A DNA stretch of 64,000 nt, taken from assembly GCA_001642005.1 (NCBI GenBank), contig LWCA01000059.1:1-64000 (forward strand), written 5' to 3'. The position numbers were made by a program, and so were the translations under genes. This document shows positions 61,359 to 64,000 of this stretch, piece after piece. The notes beneath the pieces are model-generated. The model had not been told where the DNA came from, searched no databases, and saw only the letters and a program-made list of their open reading frames with translations. The stretch comes from Intoshia linei (lineage: Eukaryota; Animalia; Orthonectida). Each line of letters opens with the position of its first letter. Position 1 is the stretch's first letter.

Positions 61359-62751
61359 CGGTCGTTCTTAATTTTTTTGTCCTATGCACCCCCAAATATT
61401 GATCTTAATGACTGTGCACCCCTGATTAAATATACAATAATAATATTTAATAATTAGTACAATATGAATTATAAATAAAGTGTTAACTAGTTACTTAAAT
61501 TAAACGGATACAATTTAAGAATTAAAGCTGATTTGATCATAATAATGGTCGTGGAGAGCCAGCAAAAAGCCCGGCACGATGGAAAGTATAAACCCCTATA
61601 AAAAATTTTTTAAAAAAAAACCTTTATATATTAATTAATCGAACGTTCATTATCTAAAAATTGAAAATAACCATTAAAAATCGTATTGATTATTGAAAAT
61701 ATGATATACTTAAGAAAATTTTCATCAATATATATTAATAAATTAAAAAAGTAGGCCCTCATGATTGTAGACACGGGACATATGACCCTCTCAATGACCA
61801 TGTCTGTACTTACTTCAAACCTTTATAAAAATAAAGACATGTCAACTATCATATCCACTAAAAGTTTTGTAAGTACTACTGCAATATCCAGTAGATATAT
61901 TATCTATTTTCCATTGAAAAATATCGGAAAATGTAGTAGCCCTGGTCATACCACCAAATTCATTAATCAAAAATAGAATATTCAAATATAATGTTAAAAA
62001 CTCAGAAAATAAACGAATTAAGTAGTAGTAGAAAACTTTTACATAACAATTGAACAAATTTATTTACATAAATTTTAATAGGATCGTTATTGTTGATCAA
62101 CGTTTCCGATGGTATGATGCTTTTTTTGTTTAAAAAACATGTAAGCAACATGATATTATGCCTCTACAAATTTGTTACATTGAGAAGAAATGATAAATTG
62201 TCAACTGTTCCACTTATATCAAAATGTCTTATTTTTCGAGAGATAACTTCCATACTGTCAATGAGGTTTGAGTGTTTTATATTCTCATGATTACGTAGGA
62301 GGTTTGGCTTTATGCTATTATTTCATAAAACGCCGAAAAGTAAATGCACTGAGGTTTTTCGGTTTTATCTGCATCATTACGACAGGTATAACTAAATTCT
62401 ACGTAACTGTTATTTTATTGTCTTTTTTTAGACATCCTTAGAGAAGGTTAAAAACTCGATGAATATGTTATATGCTAATGATAATTTATATATTAAAATA
62501 CACAATTTGTATACCTTAAAAAAGTTAAAATATAAATTAATTTGATTATTAAATGATTGTGAATAAATTCAATGAGCGTTAATTATTAACTTAACTTAAT
62601 AAGTATAAATTTTTAGTAATTATGTATTATATCTAATCTTTTTGTTGATAATAAAAATATCAATTATGTAATTTCATTCATTTAGAAAAAAATTGAAAAT
62701 AGCTCTGTGCACCCCCAAAAATTGATTATGCACCCCGGTTATGAACCACTG
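61359..62751. mobile_element. hAT (Buster-like) derived element nested in other repeats
   Basis: Perfect TSD CACTAGGG (61351-61358, 62752-62759); degenerate TIR CGGTCGTTCTTAA / TTATGAACCACTG; subterminal GCACCCC motifs; Buster transposase remnant at ~62090-62360. Confidence 0.8.
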
Positions 62752-63797
62752 CACTAGGGTGTTAACTTTTTTTTAAATCAAAAATACAGGGTACTACAGG
62801 GTGAGAAATATACATTTCAGAGTCGTGGTATAGTTTTTTAATCTTAAATTTTGAAAAAGTCCGGCCACCCCAAGCAAGTTAGGTATTAGAAATATAATTT
62901 TTGAAACCTTAACATTTAATTTATTTTAATTGCTGTTACCATAGTTTTTATTTTATAATTTGATTAGTATAATGCAATTGTTCCGCCTTTTTTATTGGCT
63001 GACCGGTAATAAATTGTAATATTTATCGCAGACCATTAAAGCGAAACTGCTACCTTTATAAAAAAGTTGATAAAAAACGTAATAAATTCACTTTAATTAG
63101 TAAAAAAATTTTCACAATTATTTCGCGAACTAGGTAACAATTTTCACGGGTACCACCTCTTCAAGTTGTTCTAACAATGAGGTTTCTGAGCGTGCAATAA
63201 ACAGAGTACAATACCAATGAAACAGATCCTTATTGAAGTATATTGACGATAAACTAAGTCAATACTACCATTAATAAACTGAAAAATATATAAATATATA
63301 GAAATAATAAACAATCGTTCATAATAAAATGTGTGATTTTTCAAGATAAAAGGTGGCCGGACTTTTTATCATTATATTAAAAAATTATTCAAAAATGAAA
63401 ACATTTAAATATTTATTTGTATTCCAGTAGCACGTAAGTTGCGACATCTCCGACTTATCTATCTAACATCAAAAATAATTTAAGTGTCGGATAATAACGA
63501 TGAATAATTCATAGTGAATTTCAGACCATGATAGGAATAAAAAGTTCAATTGTTTGTAGTTAATGCTAAGAAACTTGTAGTTATTTGAAAGAAAAGCAAT
63601 ACATGTTTAGTTTCTATGTTTTGATTATAACTTTTTTTGGTATTTAAAATTACTCCAAATTATTATTTTGCTAAATAATTGAAATTTTAAAAGTTATCTA
63701 TATTTTGTAAATATTAAACTATGAGTAATATTAACATTACATTTTTCGATCAATCGAATCGCGTTTACAATAGGTAATTTAATAAAATTTGTAAATA

Positions 63798-64000
63798 ATG
63801 TATAGTTTTGTTGCAAATAACAAAAAATTTGAATATGCTGGAAATACTAATCCCGACTCATTCAAATATTTTTTGAACAAAAAAATTATTAAAGTCGTTA
63901 GTGGAAAAGATTACATAGCTCTGTTGACTCAGGTTTGTAAAATAATGAATGGTTTTGATGTATTCATAGGATGGAGGTATTTGTCGCATTAAATTTACTG
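63798..64000 (+). CDS. 5' portion of a gene with an RCC1-like repeat (runs off window)
   Basis: KKIIKVVSGKDYIALLTQ|DGG resembles the RCC1/BLIP-II blade consensus (I..V..G..H...LT.DG); short GT-AG intron at ~63933-63969. Confidence 0.5.

Noticed and set aside
1-64000. Alternative genetic code or prokaryotic system
   Set aside because: All recognised genes translate with the standard code once GT/GC-AG introns are removed; apparent internal stops fall in introns or dead transposons.

Overview
Very AT-rich eukaryotic (animal) genomic DNA, read manually. Genes are compact, with mostly 31-45 nt spliceosomal introns plus a few introns swollen by transposons. The architecture and divergent proteins suggest a reduced-genome invertebrate parasite; an orthonectid such as Intoshia is a guess only. 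Manually spliced genes in order: DOPA/aromatic-L-amino-acid decarboxylase (-), intronless PP2A scaffold A subunit (+), DRG1 GTPase (+), GAS2-like (-), MTRFR/C12orf65 (+), intronless NIP7 (+), two tandem ankyrin-type L-asparaginases (-), SPOUT1 and LYAR (-), nicastrin (+), three tandem adenosine kinases (-), PLPBP/PROSC (-) and the start of an RCC1-repeat gene (+). Large introns and intergenic DNA hold hAT MITEs with 8-bp TSDs, a DD34D mariner split by a hAT insertion, piggyBac and pogo/Tigger MITEs, and nested insertions. Main findings: (1) LYAR and SPOUT1 can be spliced into one continuous reading frame, a candidate fusion gene; (2) one homologous intron in the three adenosine kinase paralogs begins GT, GC and apparently GA; (3) operon-like packing, with co-oriented genes 41-93 bp apart and convergent stop codons 6-35 bp apart; (4) a nicastrin lacking most of the lid loop and with a degenerate DYIGS motif.
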